A program made the position numbers and the translations under genes. This document shows, in pieces, positions 62,766 through 64,000 of a stretch of DNA of 64,000 nt. Within the stretch, counting starts at the first letter, position 1. Each line of letters begins with the position of its first letter. The notes below the pieces were generated by a model that searched no databases, had not been told where the DNA came from, and worked only from the letters and a program-made list of their open reading frames with translations. The DNA comes from Acidimicrobiia bacterium (lineage in GTDB: Bacteria; Actinomycetota; Acidimicrobiia; Acidimicrobiales; VFJN01). The stretch is from assembly GCA_009694375.1 (NCBI GenBank), contig SHVB01000008.1:45743-109742 (forward strand), in the 5' to 3' direction.

Positions 62766-63653
62766 ATGAACCATGAACAGGTAGCGAAGGTGCGGACGGG
62801 GAATGGTTTTATCGCCGCCCTGGATCAGAGTGGGGGCAGCACGCCGAAGGCACTGGCGCTCTACGGGGTGGGGGCGGACGCCTTCGCCAACGACGACGAG
62901 ATGTTCACCCGCGTTCACGAAATGCGCACCCGCATCGTGTCGAGCCCCAGTTTCACCGGAGACCGCGTGCTCGGGGCCATCCTCTTCGAGGACACCATGG
63001 ACCGTGAGATCAATGCCACCGACACCGCCGAGTATCTCTGGTCGATCAAGGGCGTGGTGCCCTTCCTGAAGGTGGACAAGGGCCTCGCCGATGCGGCTGA
63101 GGATGCTCAACTCATGAAGCCCATTCCCGGCCTCGACGACCTCCTTGCTCGCGCCGTTAGCAAGGGTGTGTTCGGTACGAAGATGCGGTCGGTCATCAAC
63201 CGGGCCAACCCCGCCGGGGTGCAGGCCGTGGTGGACCAGCAGTTCGCCATCAGCGCGCAGATTCTGGGCTATGGTCTCGTGCCCATCATCGAGCCCGAGG
63301 TGGACATTCACAGCCCCCAAAAAGCCGAGACCGAAGCGCTCCTCAAGACGGCGCTGCTCGCCCACCTCGATGCGCTGGCGGCGGATGAACTGGTGATGTT
63401 GAAACTCACCTTGCCCGAGACCGACGGGTTCTATGGCGAACTGACCAACCACCCCAATGTGCTGCGGGTGGTGGCGCTCTCCGGTGGCTACAGCCGCGAC
63501 GAGGCCAACGGCCGCCTCAGCCGTAACCCGGGGGTGATCGCGAGTTTCTCCCGGGCCCTCACCGAGGGTTTGACGGCCCACCAGACCGACGCCGAGTTCA
63601 ACGCCGCCCTGGGGGCGTCGATTCAGAGCATCTACGACGCCTCCATCACCTGA
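62766..63653 (+). CDS. fba: fructose-bisphosphate aldolase, class I
   Basis: [17 protein letters not shown] plus the LKVDKGL and EPEVDI motifs of the bacterial class I FBA family. Confidence 0.88.
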   Translation: MNHEQVAKVRTGNGFIAALDQSGGSTPKALALYGVGADAFANDDEMFTRVHEMRTRIVSSPSFTGDRVLGAILFEDTMDREINATDTAEYLWSIKGVVPFLKVDKGLADAAEDAQLMKPIPGLDDLLARAVSKGVFGTKMRSVINRANPAGVQAVVDQQFAISAQILGYGLVPIIEPEVDIHSPQKAETEALLKTALLAHLDALAADELVMLKLTLPETDGFYGELTNHPNVLRVVALSGGYSRDEANGRLSRNPGVIASFSRALTEGLTAHQTDAEFNAALGASIQSIYDASIT

Positions 63654-63761
63654 TCCATCCGGGCCGGGTGTCCATGGTCGGACTGACCCGATCGAGAGCG
63701 GTAGGCTCCTTCCACGGCCTTAGGCGCAATGGCGCGTCTCAGGTGACCCGGGGGTGGGCCG

Positions 63762-64000
63762 ATGTCTGACATCGCAGAACACACGGCGCCGAAAGCGGCC
63801 ACCGAACGACTCGATCGGGTGGTCATTCGCTTCGCCGGGGACTCTGGCGATGGGATGCAGCTCACCGGCGACCGATTCACCGACGCCAGCGCCCTGTTTG
63901 GGAACGACCTCGCCACACTGCCGGACTTTCCCGCGGAGATTCGGGCACCCGCTGGCACACTGGCGGGCGTTTCTGCCTTCCAGGTGCATATCTCAGACCA
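63762..64000 (+). CDS. korA: 2-oxoglutarate/2-oxoacid:ferredoxin oxidoreductase alpha subunit (5' fragment, runs off window)
   Basis: [21 protein letters not shown]...[27 protein letters not shown] is typical of the KorA N-terminus. It is absent from the ORF track because no stop falls within the window. Confidence 0.8.
   Translation, partial: MSDIAEHTAPKAATERLDRVVIRFAGDSGDGMQLTGDRFTDASALFGNDLATLPDFPAEIRAPAGTLAGVSAFQVHISD

Overview
High-GC (by eye about two-thirds G+C, not computed) actinobacterial chromosome segment. The 16S sequence looks Acidimicrobiia-like, which is my recognition and not a database result. Almost the whole window is densely packed, largely co-directional core-genome operons, and many junctions show ATGA/GTGA/TGATG stop-start overlaps. 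In order: a pilT-like/pilD pair; a phosphotransferase, a conserved hypothetical and a lipoprotein; aroC-aroK-aroB-aroQ-M24 peptidase-efp-nusB; a PyrR-type attenuator followed by pyrR-pyrB-pyrC-carA-carB-pyrD-pyrF; mihF, a CMP-kinase-like gene, rpoZ-coaBC-metK-priA; a small, mostly minus-strand accessory cluster (VOC fragment, Eis-like GNAT, TetR, DUF4242, two RNA/SAM methyltransferases); def-fmt-rsmB-mog; an FMN riboswitch followed by ribD-ribE-ribBA-ribH; an exported SurE-like protein; hisG plus a small CSD-like ORF; DUF1844; infC-rpmI-rplT-trmH-pheS-pheT; DUF3039; an ARG box followed by argC-J-B-D-F-R-G-H; a thioesterase, a NUDIX protein and a membrane protein; tyrS; a complete 16S-23S-5S operon; a TPR protein; class I fba; and the 5' end of korA. 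I found no mobile elements, CRISPR arrays, tRNAs, prophage or defence-island signatures, and no convincing novel multi-gene system. What I can support is gene-level and regulatory. (i) A PilT homolog has every catalytic motif degenerate (Walker A Lys->Thr) and is fused to an MshEN-like domain. (ii) An archaeal-type CMP-kinase-like protein, also with Walker A Lys->Thr, sits where gmk normally lies between mihF and rpoZ. (iii) There is a Bacillus-style PyrR box plus intrinsic terminator. (iv) The infC leader carries a strong intrinsic terminator, a non-AUG (ATA) start and a 6-codon uORF whose stop overlaps that start. (v) A perfect AT-rich palindrome of KstR/TetR-operator type lies just upstream of the FMN riboswitch. 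(vi) Several genes have a TAnnnT-N6-ATG (leaderless) arrangement, including a mirror-symmetric divergent pair. All functional calls come from motif recognition by eye, and no searches were run.
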